Source: Candidatus Aramenus sulfurataquae (GTDB lineage: Archaea > Thermoproteota > Thermoprotei_A > Sulfolobales > Sulfolobaceae). Taken from it: 24,000 nucleotides of DNA. The notes under the pieces were generated by a model, which saw only the letters and a list, made by a program, of their open reading frames with translations, was not told the origin of the DNA and did not search any database. A program made the position numbers and the translations under genes. Positions 9,105 to 19,077 of this stretch are shown here, one piece after another (within the stretch, counting starts at the first letter, position 1; the number at the start of each line of letters is the position of its first letter). Location: contig ASRH01000005.1 in assembly GCA_000565255.1 (NCBI GenBank), positions 2,348 through 26,347 of the forward strand, in the 5' to 3' direction.

Positions 9105-9537
9105 TCGAGTTGAGCAATACCGATATATAGCCTAAGTAAGGGATAGAGAAGATGATTCCGTGGTACTCGTCTACTTTACCCAACACCAAGTTTGAGGGAA
9201 TTCCATATGGTGGCTCTAGGCCTATTTGGTTATCTGGCTTTGGATTCGATATCTTATCTACTCCTTGCGTAACGTAGTACTTTTCTCCGTCATAGTAGTT
9301 TACGCTAACGACTCTGTGTATAACATAAGCTCCTACGGTAGGGGATTTGTAGATGATTATATCCCCAATGGAGACGTTATGAGTCGACGTGTAGAAAGTT
9401 AAGGCCCCGTTCTGGAACGCTGGGTACATGGATACTCCTTCTACGCTTGCGGAGCTGATGACATTGGAGAAGTAGAGGACGTAAATGAGTACTATAAACC
9501 CAACGATGAGGACGTCACTCTTCTTCATCCAAATCAC
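9097..9537 (-). CDS. signal peptidase I, archaeal Sec11/S26B type
   Basis: 146 aa. N-terminal TM helix, catalytic-Ser box EGVSMYP, GDIIIY, catalytic-His box VIHRVV. Alternative start at MKKSD (9528). The 3' end overlaps the gcvPB stop by 8 nt in convergent orientation. Confidence 0.8.
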   Translation of the reverse strand: MIWMKKSDVLIVGFIVLIYVLYFSNVISSASVEGVSMYPAFQNGALTFYTSTHNVSIGDIIIYKSPTVGAYVIHRVVSVNYYDGEKYYVTQGVDKISNPKPDNQIGLEPPYGIPSNLVLGKVDEYHGIIFSIPYLGYISVLLNSII

Positions 9538-9835
9538 TTATGTCCAATTCTATTATCTCTCCCCTGTCCTCTTCCTTCTTCCCCTTTTCCTCTCCGAATT
9601 TCTTCACGCCTTTCTTCCCCTCAATCTCTACTGAGTCCCCTCCTGCCTTGATTTTAGACACTACTGCCCTCCACCGATGACCGCAGTTTGGACAGACGTA
9701 TGAGCCCATTACGGTTATGGTTATCCTCCCATAGGCATCTGGCAAAGGAGAAACTAAGTTCCACGTCTTTACTGGCTTATCCACCACAGTTCCACAATTT
9801 GGGCAAACATTGGAGTCCTTCTGTTTCTTAGGCAT
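9515..9835 (-). CDS. zinc-ribbon protein with K/E-rich linker and acidic C-terminal tail (function unknown)
   Basis: 106 aa. Two CPNCG motifs (C11-x2-C14 ... C48-x2-C51) and the tail EIIELDISDLDEEE. The 3' end overlaps the signal peptidase start. Confidence 0.6.
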   Translation of the reverse strand: MPKKQKDSNVCPNCGTVVDKPVKTWNLVSPLPDAYGRITITVMGSYVCPNCGHRWRAVVSKIKAGGDSVEIEGKKGVKKFGEEKGKKEEDRGEIIELDISDLDEEE

Positions 9836-9851
9836 GTGAAAAACCTTTGTT

Positions 9852-10151
9852 TCAAAGTTTATAAAACAGCATTATAATGACCGATGTCAAAAGGAACAAT
9901 AGTCCGTCAGAAATGTGGGACGTCATTCCCTTATACACCAAGTAGTACCCCAACGCATTTATAGCAATTAACGGGACGTAAAGGATGGAAGATGACAGGT
10001 AAAAATATGATGCCAAGAAAGGAGCAGTGACCCACACAACGTAAAAGCCCTTCTCGTTGCTCAACTTTCCCTTCAGGAGTCTGAAGTAAATGGGCGACAA
10101 CAAGCCATAGACCAGCATTATGAGGAAGGCGTAGTACATTAAAACTCTCAA
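9852..10151 (-). CDS. small integral membrane protein (about 3 TM helices), function unknown
   Basis: 99 aa and hydrophobic throughout. The listed start is TTG. ATG at 10139 (MYYAFLIML...) is the more likely start. Confidence 0.5.
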   Translation of the reverse strand: MRVLMYYAFLIMLVYGLLSPIYFRLLKGKLSNEKGFYVVWVTAPFLASYFYLSSSILYVPLIAINALGYYLVYKGMTSHISDGLLFLLTSVIIMLFYKL

Positions 10152-10180
10152 CTCTATAAGTAAAGAAGTGATTTAAAAGA

Positions 10181-11425
10181 ATGAGTAGCGGGTTTGAAAT
10201 AAAAAAGGTAGAAGCAATGGAAATACTTGATTCTAGGGGTAACTTCACTGTAAGGACTTTCGTCACCACTAAGGCAGGCATAAGGGACTTCGGAGACGCG
10301 CCTGCAGGCGCCTCTAGAGGTATTAGGGAAGCTGTAGAGCTGAGAGATGAAGATGGCGGAGTTAGGAAAGCTGTAGAGTCGGTGAACTACTACATCAACT
10401 ACGCCCTTCACGGTATGGATGTCAGATACCAAAAGGACGTAGACTTAACCATGATAAAGCTTGACGGTACCGAGAACAAGTCTAGACTGGGGGGCAACTC
10501 CATAATCTCCACCTCCATAGCAGTCGCCAAGACTGCAGCCAGGGCCCTAGGGGTGGAGGTATTCGAGTACATTGGGGGGTTCAGGAACCATACGATCCCC
10601 GTGCCTCTCCTTAATATACTAAATGGAGGAAAACACGCAGGAAATCAATTGAAGATTCAAGAGTTTATCGTGATTCCGTTGGGCTTCGACTCGTTAAAGG
10701 AGGCCCTTAAAGCGTCTACCGCAGTCTACAAGACGTTAAAGAACTTGATAACGGAGAGGTATGGGAAGATTTACACAGCATTAGGCGACGAAGGGGGAAT
10801 TTCTCCACCCCTTTCAAAGACGGTGGACGCGTTAGACTTTATCTACACAGCAGTGAAGAACTCAGGTTACGAAGACAAGATATATCTTGGAATGGACGCT
10901 GCGGCATCTGAGTTTTACAATGAGAGGGAAAACGTGTACGAAATAGATGGATCGAAGAAGACTCCTGACGAGATGATCGACTTCTACAAGGACCTAGCTG
11001 ATGCCTACCCGATACTTTACCTTGAGGACCCATTTAACGAGAACGACTTCGAGAGATTCTCCGTACTCCAGAGCAAGCTCAAAAAGGTAATCGTCACAGG
11101 AGACGACCTCTACACGACAAACGCCAAGTACTTAAAGAAGGGCATAGAGGCTAAATCCACAACTGGAGTGATAGTGAAGCTAAACCAAGTTGGAACTGTG
11201 ACAGAAACCTTGGAGTTCTTCGACCTGGCTAGAGAGAACTCCATTAAGACGGTGGTCAGCCACAGAAGCGGGGAGACGGAGGACAACTTTATAGCCGACA
11301 TGGCAGTGGGACTAAATAGCGACTTCATAAAGACGGGAGCGCCGGCTAGAGGAGAGAGGACTAGTAAGTACAACAGACTCTTAGAAATAGAGAAAGAATA
11401 TGGCTTTAGGTACAAAAGGGTTTAA
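10181..11425 (+). CDS. eno: enolase (phosphopyruvate hydratase)
   Basis: 414 aa. N-terminal ILDSRGN.TV, GASRG..EA.ELRD, and the catalytic SHRSGETED motif. A/T box TCTATAAGTAAA at 10153-10164 lies just upstream. Confidence 0.95.
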   Translation: MSSGFEIKKVEAMEILDSRGNFTVRTFVTTKAGIRDFGDAPAGASRGIREAVELRDEDGGVRKAVESVNYYINYALHGMDVRYQKDVDLTMIKLDGTENKSRLGGNSIISTSIAVAKTAARALGVEVFEYIGGFRNHTIPVPLLNILNGGKHAGNQLKIQEFIVIPLGFDSLKEALKASTAVYKTLKNLITERYGKIYTALGDEGGISPPLSKTVDALDFIYTAVKNSGYEDKIYLGMDAAASEFYNERENVYEIDGSKKTPDEMIDFYKDLADAYPILYLEDPFNENDFERFSVLQSKLKKVIVTGDDLYTTNAKYLKKGIEAKSTTGVIVKLNQVGTVTETLEFFDLARENSIKTVVSHRSGETEDNFIADMAVGLNSDFIKTGAPARGERTSKYNRLLEIEKEYGFRYKRV

Positions 11426-11667
11426 GGCAGCAGTATACCTATAGCTATCAACACTAGCGCGATACCTAGTAGGAACAACAGGAACTGCTTAGTGGTCATC
11501 CTAGGTATTAGAGAGAACGCCTTAAAGAGTCCGTAAACAATACCTCCTAATACCATTAATGCTATTATTGCCAGCCCAACTAGTACTAGTATCTCTGAGA
11601 GGGAGCCGGAGTTCATGTGGTTGCCTAAAATTTGTGAAGTTATGTTATACAGAGTACCAAGCGACAT
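11422..11667 (-). CDS. small membrane protein (2 TM helices), function unknown
   Basis: 81 aa with two long hydrophobic stretches. Convergent 4-nt overlap with the enolase stop. Confidence 0.5.
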   Translation of the reverse strand: MSLGTLYNITSQILGNHMNSGSLSEILVLVGLAIIALMVLGGIVYGLFKAFSLIPRMTTKQFLLFLLGIALVLIAIGILLP

Positions 11668-11742
11668 TTTCCCTTACCTAATATATCTAAATCAATTTTA
11701 TTTATAGACTGGGACTCAATAATACAAGTACTGTAAGGCGAA

Positions 11743-11795
11743 CCGATGATGAAGGTTAAAAGCTCTTAAAGGTGAAGAGAAATGCCTGCTGAGGA
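11743..11795 (+). ncRNA. candidate C/D-box sRNA (2'-O-methylation guide)
   Basis: C box AUGAUGA at 11746-11752, then a 12-nt spacer, a degenerate D' (CUUA, 11765-11768), C'-like GUGAAGA (11772-11778), a 10-nt spacer and D box CUGA (11789-11792). Total is about 53 nt, which is archaeal sRNA size. Weak points are the degenerate D', a 10-nt rather than 12-nt second spacer, and a poor terminal stem. Confidence 0.35.
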
Positions 11796-11805
11796 GCCCT
11801 AACCC

Positions 11806-11852
11806 TTTTAAGTAAATACCGAGACAAAGGGTATTTTTGAGGAGTAATACCC
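11806..11852 (+). promoter_or_regulatory. cdvA promoter region with a motif abutting the start codon
   Basis: A/T box TTTTAAGTAAATA (11806-11818) lies about 35-45 nt upstream of the cdvA ATG (11853). AGTAATACC (11843-11851) sits between that box and the ATG. Confidence 0.35.
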
Positions 11853-12570
<718 letters not shown>

Positions 12571-12587
12571 CAAGCCAGTGAAATAGG

Positions 12588-13358
12588 ATGTTGAAAAAGT
12601 TATTTGTTTCTTACTTTAACAACGACAAGAAAAAGAAGGAACAGTTAGGGAGACTTCTCACTGAAATATCCATTAAGCTCAAGGATCAGCAAACAAGGAT
12701 TGACGAGTCCATAAGGAGGTTAAAGGACAGGGATAAGGAGCTCTTTGATAAAGTGGTAAGGGCACAGATAGACGGCGACTTCGCAAAGGCCACGATTTAC
12801 GCCCAGGAGATCTCCGAAATAAGGAAAATAATAAAGGTATTCTACACAGCCTACCTCGCGATAGAAAAAGTAAGGCTGAGGTTGGACACAGTACAAGAGG
12901 TACAGGGAGTGTCGTTGGTGCTTTTCCCCATTGTGAGGATCCTTGAAGGACTAAAAGATCAGATAAAGACGATCTCTCCGGAAATAGCTATGACCTTGGA
13001 CTCGATAACCAGTAGCGTAAACAGCATAGCTGCTGAGACGGGAATGATAAGCGACAGGAGCGTTGTGCCTGCAGTAATCGATGAACAAGCAAAGAAGATC
13101 TTGGAGGAGGCCCAGAAGAGCGCCGAGCAAAAGGTAAAGGAGCTCTTACCAGATCTACCTCACCCACCCACGGAGACTCCAGCCAAAGTGGAAGTAAAGA
13201 AGAGGCTAGACGAGAAGGAAATTCTAAACTACATATCCGAGACCGGTGGTTACCTAGACCTAGACTACGTTTCAAAGAGATACGGAGTTAGGAAGGAAGA
13301 GGTACTAAACCTGTTAAGGGAGATGTCTAGTAAGGGACTAATTAGCCTGGAGGCTTAA
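12588..13358 (+). CDS. cdvB: cell division protein CdvB (ESCRT-III/Snf7-like with C-terminal winged helix)
   Basis: 256 aa. Helical ESCRT-III core, proline-rich MIM2-like segment ([13 protein letters not shown]), and a C-terminal wH domain ([43 protein letters not shown]). Confidence 0.9.
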   Translation: MLKKLFVSYFNNDKKKKEQLGRLLTEISIKLKDQQTRIDESIRRLKDRDKELFDKVVRAQIDGDFAKATIYAQEISEIRKIIKVFYTAYLAIEKVRLRLDTVQEVQGVSLVLFPIVRILEGLKDQIKTISPEIAMTLDSITSSVNSIAAETGMISDRSVVPAVIDEQAKKILEEAQKSAEQKVKELLPDLPHPPTETPAKVEVKKRLDEKEILNYISETGGYLDLDYVSKRYGVRKEEVLNLLREMSSKGLISLEA

Positions 13359-13360
13359 CC

Positions 13361-14467
13361 ATGAGTGCCCAGGTAATGCTAGAGGACATGGCAAGAAAGT
13401 ACGCCATTTTAGCTGTAAAGGCTGACAAAGAGGGTAAGGCTGAGGAAGCCGTAAACTATTATAAGAAAGCCATCGAGATCTTAACCCAGATAATAACCCT
13501 CTACCCGGACCACGTTGCTAGGCATGCGTATGAGCAGATGATAAACGAGTACAAGAGAAGAATTGAGGTACTCACCGAGCTAGTACCCACGGTAGATAAC
13601 GGAAAAAGTGACACAACTGACGATCTGGTAGTTAAGGACAAACCTAAGGTATCTTTCAACGACGTGGTAGGACTAGACGAGGTTAAGGAGGCATTAAAGG
13701 AGGCGATAGTTTACCCCACCAAGAGACCAGAGTTGTTCCCCCTAGGATGGCCAAGGGGTATACTGCTCTTCGGGCCCCCCGGATGCGGGAAGACTATGAT
13801 AGCTGCAGCCGTAGCTAACGAAATAGATTCCAAATTCATTCAAGTCGATGCCGCATCCATTATGTCAAAGTGGCTAGGAGAAGCTGAGAAAAACGTAGCA
13901 AAGATCTTTAACACAGCCAGAGAGCTGTCCAAAAAGGAGAACAAGCCTTCCATCATATTCATCGACGAAATAGACGCACTGTTAGGCGTTTTCGGTAACG
14001 AGGTTGGAGGAGAGGTCAGGGTTAGGAACCAGTTCCTGAAGGAGATGGACGGGCTCCTAGATAAGAGCGAGAACTACAAGGTATACGTAATAGGAGCGAC
14101 AAACAAGCCTTGGAGACTAGACGAACCCTTCCTGAGAAGGTTCCAGAAGAGAGTCTACATCCCTCTGCCAGACCTTCAGCAACGCAAGTCTTTAGTCAAT
14201 TACTACCTCTCCAAGATCCCTTCCCATAAGGTGAACGTAGATGAGGTAGCCAATGCACTCGAGGGCTATACTGCTAGCGACATAAGAGACGTGGTTCAGA
14301 CGGCGTACATGAAGATTGTCAAGGAAGTATTCGAGAAGGGATTACAGACACCTAGAGAGTTAACTACTGAGGACCTCCTAGAAGTGCTCAAGTACAGGAA
14401 GCCCAGTGTAAACCAAGACATAATAAAGGCCTACGAGAGTTGGTACGAGAAGTTCAAGGCACTATGA
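13361..14467 (+). CDS. cdvC: cell division AAA+ ATPase CdvC (Vps4 homologue)
   Basis: 368 aa. N-terminal MIT domain ([27 protein letters not shown]), Walker A GPPGCGKT, Walker [11 protein letters not shown], second region of homology. GGAGG SD lies 8 nt upstream of the ATG. Confidence 0.95.
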   Translation: MSAQVMLEDMARKYAILAVKADKEGKAEEAVNYYKKAIEILTQIITLYPDHVARHAYEQMINEYKRRIEVLTELVPTVDNGKSDTTDDLVVKDKPKVSFNDVVGLDEVKEALKEAIVYPTKRPELFPLGWPRGILLFGPPGCGKTMIAAAVANEIDSKFIQVDAASIMSKWLGEAEKNVAKIFNTARELSKKENKPSIIFIDEIDALLGVFGNEVGGEVRVRNQFLKEMDGLLDKSENYKVYVIGATNKPWRLDEPFLRRFQKRVYIPLPDLQQRKSLVNYYLSKIPSHKVNVDEVANALEGYTASDIRDVVQTAYMKIVKEVFEKGLQTPRELTTEDLLEVLKYRKPSVNQDIIKAYESWYEKFKAL

Positions 14468-14514
14468 AATCTCAGATACCTCGGGTTGGACCTCACCGAT
14501 CGGGCTGGCATGTC

Positions 14515-16506
14515 TCACATCATCTCTTTAACTACATCTAATACAAACTTGCCAGTATATTTTGATTTCTCAAGCGACTTGATAACGCGGTCCCTAGGAT
14601 AGCCCGTCCTTATTGTCCACTCATTTATCCCTTCCTTGACCTTCTCCATGGCGTTTAAGTGATACCTGCATAACCCCCCATTTTCTGCCTCGAAGTCACA
14701 GTACTTACACTTTTGGTACTGGAGGTATCCAAGACCCTTAGCTATTTTCTCCCCTATCTTTTCCTTATTGCTATCAAACACTTCCACGTACTTGGCTATT
14801 TTCTCCCTCATCTCTTTTACTACTTCCTCTGAGTTAGTCTTACCGTATATTATGTCGTTTAGCTTTTGTTCCATATCTGCAGTCATCTTAACGTCTGTCA
14901 GCTCGCCGAAGAATTTGTCTAGCACCTCAGCTATAACTATTCCTAGCTTTGTTGGGACTATCGACTTCCCAGACAATTTTACATACTTTCTCTCAAAGAG
15001 GGTCTCTATGATCCTACCCCTAGTAGCCTCAGTGCCCAAATTTGAGCTCTCCATCCACTTCAAGAGCGTGGTCTTACTGAACCTCTGTGGGGGCTTACTC
15101 AGGGAGGTTATCACGCTAATTCCCTTAACGTTTACCTCCTCTCCTTCTTTAACCTCAAGGAGGGCCTCGTCCTTAACCTTCACGTAAGGGTAGATCTCCA
15201 GCCACCCCTTCTCCACTACCTCCTGGAGGCTTAGGCTAAGCTTTAGCCCACTTCTCTTAAACCTCAAAGCAACGCTCTGCCTTTCTATCCATGCGTCCAC
15301 AGACATGGAGGCAAGGAACCTCCTTACTATGAGCTCGTAAAGCTTGTACTGATCTCTCGGTAGCCTAGAGCCAAAGTACTGCGTAGGGTATATTGCAGGG
15401 TGAGCTGGATCGTCCTTTTCCCCTTGCCTTACAACGTACCTCCCATGAGTAAGCTTGTTTAGGAGAGACACTAAATAACCTAGGGGCCCTCTGGAAACAC
15501 CCTCCACTATTTCCCTCACGTTTACTGTCGGGGGAATTTTCTGGCTGTTAGTCCTGGGGTAACTTATTAGTCCGTCCAAGTAGAGTTCCTCTGCTAGCCT
15601 CTCCACCTTATACGGGGAGAAGCCGAAGAGCCTCCCCGCCTCTAACTGCAGGTCTATTAAATTAAAAGGTGGAGGTCTAACTAGTCTTGTCTTGTCTACC
15701 GAAACCCTCTCCACGAACAGTACGTCCCTCTTAAGCCTTTCAGCTAACTCCTTAGCCTCGGAAAGGACGTTAAACCTCCCCTCTAAAGGGGCATCGAATA
15801 CCCTGCCTTTTATCTCCACCTTTACCTTGACCTTGAACTCAGGTAAGGGTAAATGTAAGTACCTCTCCATTTCCCTGTTAACTACTTGGAGCAAAGTTGG
15901 GCTCTGAACCCTTCCAGCGCTTAAGATAACCCTCTTACCGGAAACCTTCTTTACGGATAACATGAGGGCTCTACTTACGTTAATCCCCCACAACCAGTCT
16001 ACCTTATGCCTAGCTATACCCGCGTCTACCATAGTTAGGTCAAGAGGTTGAAGGTTAGAGTAAGCCCTTAGTATCTCTTCCTTAGTCAACGCGTTAATCT
16101 TCATCCTCTTTGCGTTGGCGATGCCCCTTAGCTTATCTATAATAAGGTAACCTATGACTGAACCTTCGATGTCGTAGTCACAAGCGTTTACAAAGAACTT
16201 AGCGTTACCTGCAACGTAGTTTATCAAGTCCATGTACTTTTTGGTGTAATAGGCCTTCTTGTCTATTTTCCACAAGGGCTCCCACGACATATCGTAGACA
16301 GGAAACCCGCTGGCTCCATGTAACCCGTAAAGATGTCCTGCAGCAGTGACTATCACTATCTGTTCTCCATTAAAGCTCGCTTTCCAGTACTTTACGTTAC
16401 GATAGGAAAGCTGGAAGTACTTTCCGAAGGCTTCAGCTATCTTTTTCCCAGCCTTAGGTTTTTCAGCTATTATAACGACGTAAGGTTTTTTGTCAACCAA
16501 TAACAC
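14515..16506 (-). CDS. topA: type IA DNA topoisomerase (Topo III-like)
   Basis: 663 aa. N-terminal Toprim (VVIIAEKPKAGKKIA), active-site tyrosine context LISYPRTNS, and a C-terminal CxxC...CxxH zinc motif (CKYCDFEAENGGLCRYH). GTG start 6 nt after the rpoK stop. Confidence 0.9.
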   Translation of the reverse strand: MLLVDKKPYVVIIAEKPKAGKKIAEAFGKYFQLSYRNVKYWKASFNGEQIVIVTAAGHLYGLHGASGFPVYDMSWEPLWKIDKKAYYTKKYMDLINYVAGNAKFFVNACDYDIEGSVIGYLIIDKLRGIANAKRMKINALTKEEILRAYSNLQPLDLTMVDAGIARHKVDWLWGINVSRALMLSVKKVSGKRVILSAGRVQSPTLLQVVNREMERYLHLPLPEFKVKVKVEIKGRVFDAPLEGRFNVLSEAKELAERLKRDVLFVERVSVDKTRLVRPPPFNLIDLQLEAGRLFGFSPYKVERLAEELYLDGLISYPRTNSQKIPPTVNVREIVEGVSRGPLGYLVSLLNKLTHGRYVVRQGEKDDPAHPAIYPTQYFGSRLPRDQYKLYELIVRRFLASMSVDAWIERQSVALRFKRSGLKLSLSLQEVVEKGWLEIYPYVKVKDEALLEVKEGEEVNVKGISVITSLSKPPQRFSKTTLLKWMESSNLGTEATRGRIIETLFERKYVKLSGKSIVPTKLGIVIAEVLDKFFGELTDVKMTADMEQKLNDIIYGKTNSEEVVKEMREKIAKYVEVFDSNKEKIGEKIAKGLGYLQYQKCKYCDFEAENGGLCRYHLNAMEKVKEGINEWTIRTGYPRDRVIKSLEKSKYTGKFVLDVVKEMM

Positions 16507-16512
16507 ACCGCT

Positions 16513-16791
16513 TTATAGGTTTCTCAGAGACACTAACTCTACTTTGCCGTTGGGGTACCTTCTCCTTATTGTTATTGGGAGAACTTTTCTCCTAAGCTCT
16601 TCTTGGGCGATTGCAATACTGGTAAGGCTCTTCTGATCCATACCGCTTATGTCAATAAGGGGAGGAGCACCCATGGCCAGCTGTAAGGCCCTAGCACTGA
16701 TCACCCTTGCCCTCTCGTAAAGGGTAAGTCTAGTCTTCCAGCTCTCCGCGAACGTCTTGTTTAAGGGAGTTAAATACTCACTATCAGACAT
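16513..16791 (-). CDS. rpoK: DNA-directed RNA polymerase subunit K (Rpo6)
   Basis: 92 aa. [25 protein letters not shown] is the conserved Rpo6/RpoK/omega core. Confidence 0.9.
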   Translation of the reverse strand: MSDSEYLTPLNKTFAESWKTRLTLYERARVISARALQLAMGAPPLIDISGMDQKSLTSIAIAQEELRRKVLPITIRRRYPNGKVELVSLRNL

Positions 16792-16813
16792 ACTAGAAAA
16801 TAGGGATTAACTT

Positions 16814-16825
16814 CTAAAAATAAAT
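16814..16825 (-). promoter_or_regulatory. TATA-like box for a leaderless rpoK(-topA) transcript
   Basis: Minus-sense ATTTATTTTTAG is centred about 29 nt upstream of the rpoK ATG (16791), just downstream of the aminotransferase stop. Confidence 0.45.
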
Positions 16826-16826
16826 C

Positions 16827-17945
16827 TTACCATTCAACTTCGGCCCTTAAAAAGTCCGGCAGAGAGCACTGGGAAGGCGCCTTTAGACTTACCTCTTGTT
16901 TCAGAATATCAGAGAGCGCGGTCACAAGCTTATGGATTGCCCTATCGTCAACTACTCCCAGTATGCCTATTCTGACTATCTTCTCACGTAGTTCTCCCAT
17001 GCCCCCAGAGATCTCAATGCCCCTGTTCTTCAGTTCTGCAATTATGGACTTGGGGGATATCGGGGGCACGCCGGCCACTACAGTGTTGGAGAAATTGGAC
17101 TCGTTACCAAGAAGGGAGAAGCCCATCTCAGTGGTTACCTTCCTGAGATACCGGGCACATGCCTCGTGTCTTGCCCACCTGTTTTTGATTCCTTCCCTTT
17201 CCAGAAGTTCTGCAGCCCTTAGGGTAGCAAAGAATACCCCTACTGCTGGAGTAAAGGGAGTCTCGTGTTTGTCTTGGAACTTCAAGTAGAGTTGTATGTC
17301 GTGAAATGCTGGAACGTCTATCGAGCTCAAGTTAGATATTCCTTCCTTGGATAGGGCTACTAGGCCCATACCTGGCACGGACGCCAAGGCCTTTTGACTA
17401 CCTGTTGCCACGGCGTCGATTCCCCACTCGTTTACCAGCAGTTCATAGGCAGCGAAACCGGAGACAGAGTCCACCAACGCTTTCTTCCCCGAATCCTTAA
17501 TGGCCTTTACTACACTCCTCAATTCCCTAAACGCTATACCAGTGCTCGTCTCGTTATGGACCAATGCCACTGCAGAGGCGTCCTTGTTCTCCTCTACCAC
17601 CTTCTTTACTTCTTCTACGTTAAACGACTCTCCGGGGACCTTTCTGTAAACAACTGGCTGTGCTCCTCTACGCTTAACTGAGTCCAGCAACCTCTCGCTG
17701 AACTCGCCATACGTTAGCACCACAACTTTTTCTCCCCTTCTGAGCAAAGAGTAGACCATTGCCTCTACCGCTAGCGTGCCAGACCCAGTCAGCAACGCTA
17801 CCCTATCGGAGGAAAAGAGCTTAGCTAGCTTTCCCTCCAGTTGGGACACTACCTCTCTGAAGGCATCCGACCTGTGGTTCACTACCCTAGTGGCCTCAAA
17901 CTCCACGCTTCTGGGAACGTTAACGGGGCCCGGTATAAGAAGCAT
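16827..17945 (-). CDS. class V PLP-dependent aminotransferase (serine-pyruvate / phosphoserine aminotransferase type)
   Basis: 372 aa. MLLIPGPV N-terminus and PLP-lysine context ATGSQKALA. The start abuts the stop of the upstream serA-like gene (TGAATG). Confidence 0.85.
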   Translation of the reverse strand: MLLIPGPVNVPRSVEFEATRVVNHRSDAFREVVSQLEGKLAKLFSSDRVALLTGSGTLAVEAMVYSLLRRGEKVVVLTYGEFSERLLDSVKRRGAQPVVYRKVPGESFNVEEVKKVVEENKDASAVALVHNETSTGIAFRELRSVVKAIKDSGKKALVDSVSGFAAYELLVNEWGIDAVATGSQKALASVPGMGLVALSKEGISNLSSIDVPAFHDIQLYLKFQDKHETPFTPAVGVFFATLRAAELLEREGIKNRWARHEACARYLRKVTTEMGFSLLGNESNFSNTVVAGVPPISPKSIIAELKNRGIEISGGMGELREKIVRIGILGVVDDRAIHKLVTALSDILKQEVSLKAPSQCSLPDFLRAEVEW

Positions 17946-18923
17946 TCACTTTACACCTATCTCGTTGATGGCGTTCAGCAAGTTCTGGGTCGTAATTACT
18001 GCTACCCTATACTGGGCTTCCTTAGTTTGAGCCCCTATGTGAGTGGTCACTATTACTCTCTCGTGCTTTAGCAGTTCCCACTCCCATTCGTCCTTAGGAG
18101 GCTCATTCCACAACACGTCAGTAGCATATGCCAGCACTTTGCCCTTCTTTACGTATTCAAGCAACGCAGGTCCATCTATAGCGACTGCCCTACTAGTGTT
18201 TACTATTATTACGTTATTCTTCATCTTCTCGAACTCTTGTCTATTTAGAATAGGCTTAGCGTCCTTCCCCACAGTGACGTGTAAGCTTATAACGTCGGAG
18301 TTTGCCAAGAGCTCGTCCAAAGTTACTGCCCTAGCTCCTATCTCCTCCGCCCTCTTTCTCACGTCAACTACGTCATAGGCAAGAACGTTCATACCTATTG
18401 CCTTAGCGACTAGGGCTACCTTTGTCCCTATCCTACCAAACCCTATGATACCTATTGTCTTGCCGCTTAACTCCACTCCGGACACCTTCTTGAAGATGCC
18501 AGATTTGGCCAGGCTCATAGACGTGTACATGTTCCTAGCAGCGGCTATCATAAGTCCAATTGTTAGCTCCGCTGCAGAATCGGTGGAAGCACCAGGGGCA
18601 TAGACGACCTTTATGTTCCTCTTGTCTGCCTCGTCAGTGTCAATGTTGTCTAGACCTATCCCAGCCCTAGCGATTATCTTGAGGTTCTTACCTCTTTCTA
18701 TGATCTCCTTATCTACCTTGGTTCTGCTCCTGACCACTATGACGTGATAGTTTTCAATAACTTTCAGTAGTTCTTCTCTCTTTATGTCGGGCAGGTAGGT
18801 GACGTTAAATCCGTTGCTCTTCAGTGTATCTAACATGTAGTTGTCTATGGGGTCTGTTATCAAGATCCTAAGATTTTCTCTATTTATAGAATTATATTTT
18901 ACGGAGTTTATGGTCTCCGCCAT
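17946..18923 (-). CDS. serA: D-3-phosphoglycerate dehydrogenase / D-isomer-specific 2-hydroxyacid dehydrogenase (short form, no ACT domain)
   Basis: 325 aa. NAD-binding [13 protein letters not shown], catalytic region TPHIGA-like (THIGAQT). GAGGTGA SD (18929-18935) lies 5 nt upstream of the ATG. Substrate specificity is inferred from family and from the aminotransferase neighbour. Confidence 0.8.
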   Translation of the reverse strand: MAETINSVKYNSINRENLRILITDPIDNYMLDTLKSNGFNVTYLPDIKREELLKVIENYHVIVVRSRTKVDKEIIERGKNLKIIARAGIGLDNIDTDEADKRNIKVVYAPGASTDSAAELTIGLMIAAARNMYTSMSLAKSGIFKKVSGVELSGKTIGIIGFGRIGTKVALVAKAIGMNVLAYDVVDVRKRAEEIGARAVTLDELLANSDVISLHVTVGKDAKPILNRQEFEKMKNNVIIVNTSRAVAIDGPALLEYVKKGKVLAYATDVLWNEPPKDEWEWELLKHERVIVTTHIGAQTKEAQYRVAVITTQNLLNAINEIGVK

Positions 18924-18951
18924 TTAGATCACCTCAAACGAGAGAATTAGT

Positions 18952-19047
18952 TTAACATGATGATGAAAGGGAAACGGGCGAAAAGAATAGAATGAGCTTG
19001 AACGTGGTTAACTTTACGAGATGTAGGTTTAGTCCCTTTGTGTCCAT
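18952..19047 (-). CDS. candidate 31-codon upstream ORF / leader peptide (MDTKGLNLHLVKLTTFKLILFFSPVSLSSSC)
   Basis: Hand-translated from the minus strand. ATG at 19047-19045 is preceded by GTGAGGTAAAA (SD-like GAGGT). The TAA stop at 18954-18952 lies 28 nt before the serA ATG. Five of the last nine codons are Ser, including TCA TCA TCA, followed by Cys. It is too short for the ORF track, and coding status is unproven. Confidence 0.3.
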   Translation of the reverse strand: MDTKGLNLHLVKLTTFKLILFFSPVSLSSSC

Positions 19048-19077
19048 TTTTACCTCACATATTCGTGCAACTACTAG

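Noticed and set aside
9515-9835. Possible identification of the zinc-ribbon protein as the crenarchaeal Elf1 transcription elongation factor homologue
   Set aside because: It shares the basic N-terminus, zinc ribbon and acidic tail. However, the 34-residue spacing between CxxC pairs and the surrounding sequence do not match what I recall of Elf1, and I cannot support the call without a profile search.
10327-10378. Direct repeat GGAAGCTGTAGAG / GAAAGCTGTAGAG, visible as the repeated LYSFPN in the antisense ORF 10154..10432
   Set aside because: It lies inside enolase and encodes two conserved, similar peptide segments (REAVEL and KAVESV) of the N-terminal domain. It is an ordinary coding coincidence, and the antisense ORF is spurious.
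18957-18966. Plus-strand ATGATGATGA resembling a C box of a C/D sRNA in the serA-ogg spacer
   Set aside because: There is no CUGA D box on the plus strand within about 70 nt downstream and no credible C'/D' layout. The motif is better explained as the reverse complement of the TCA TCA TCA serine codons of the minus-strand uORF.
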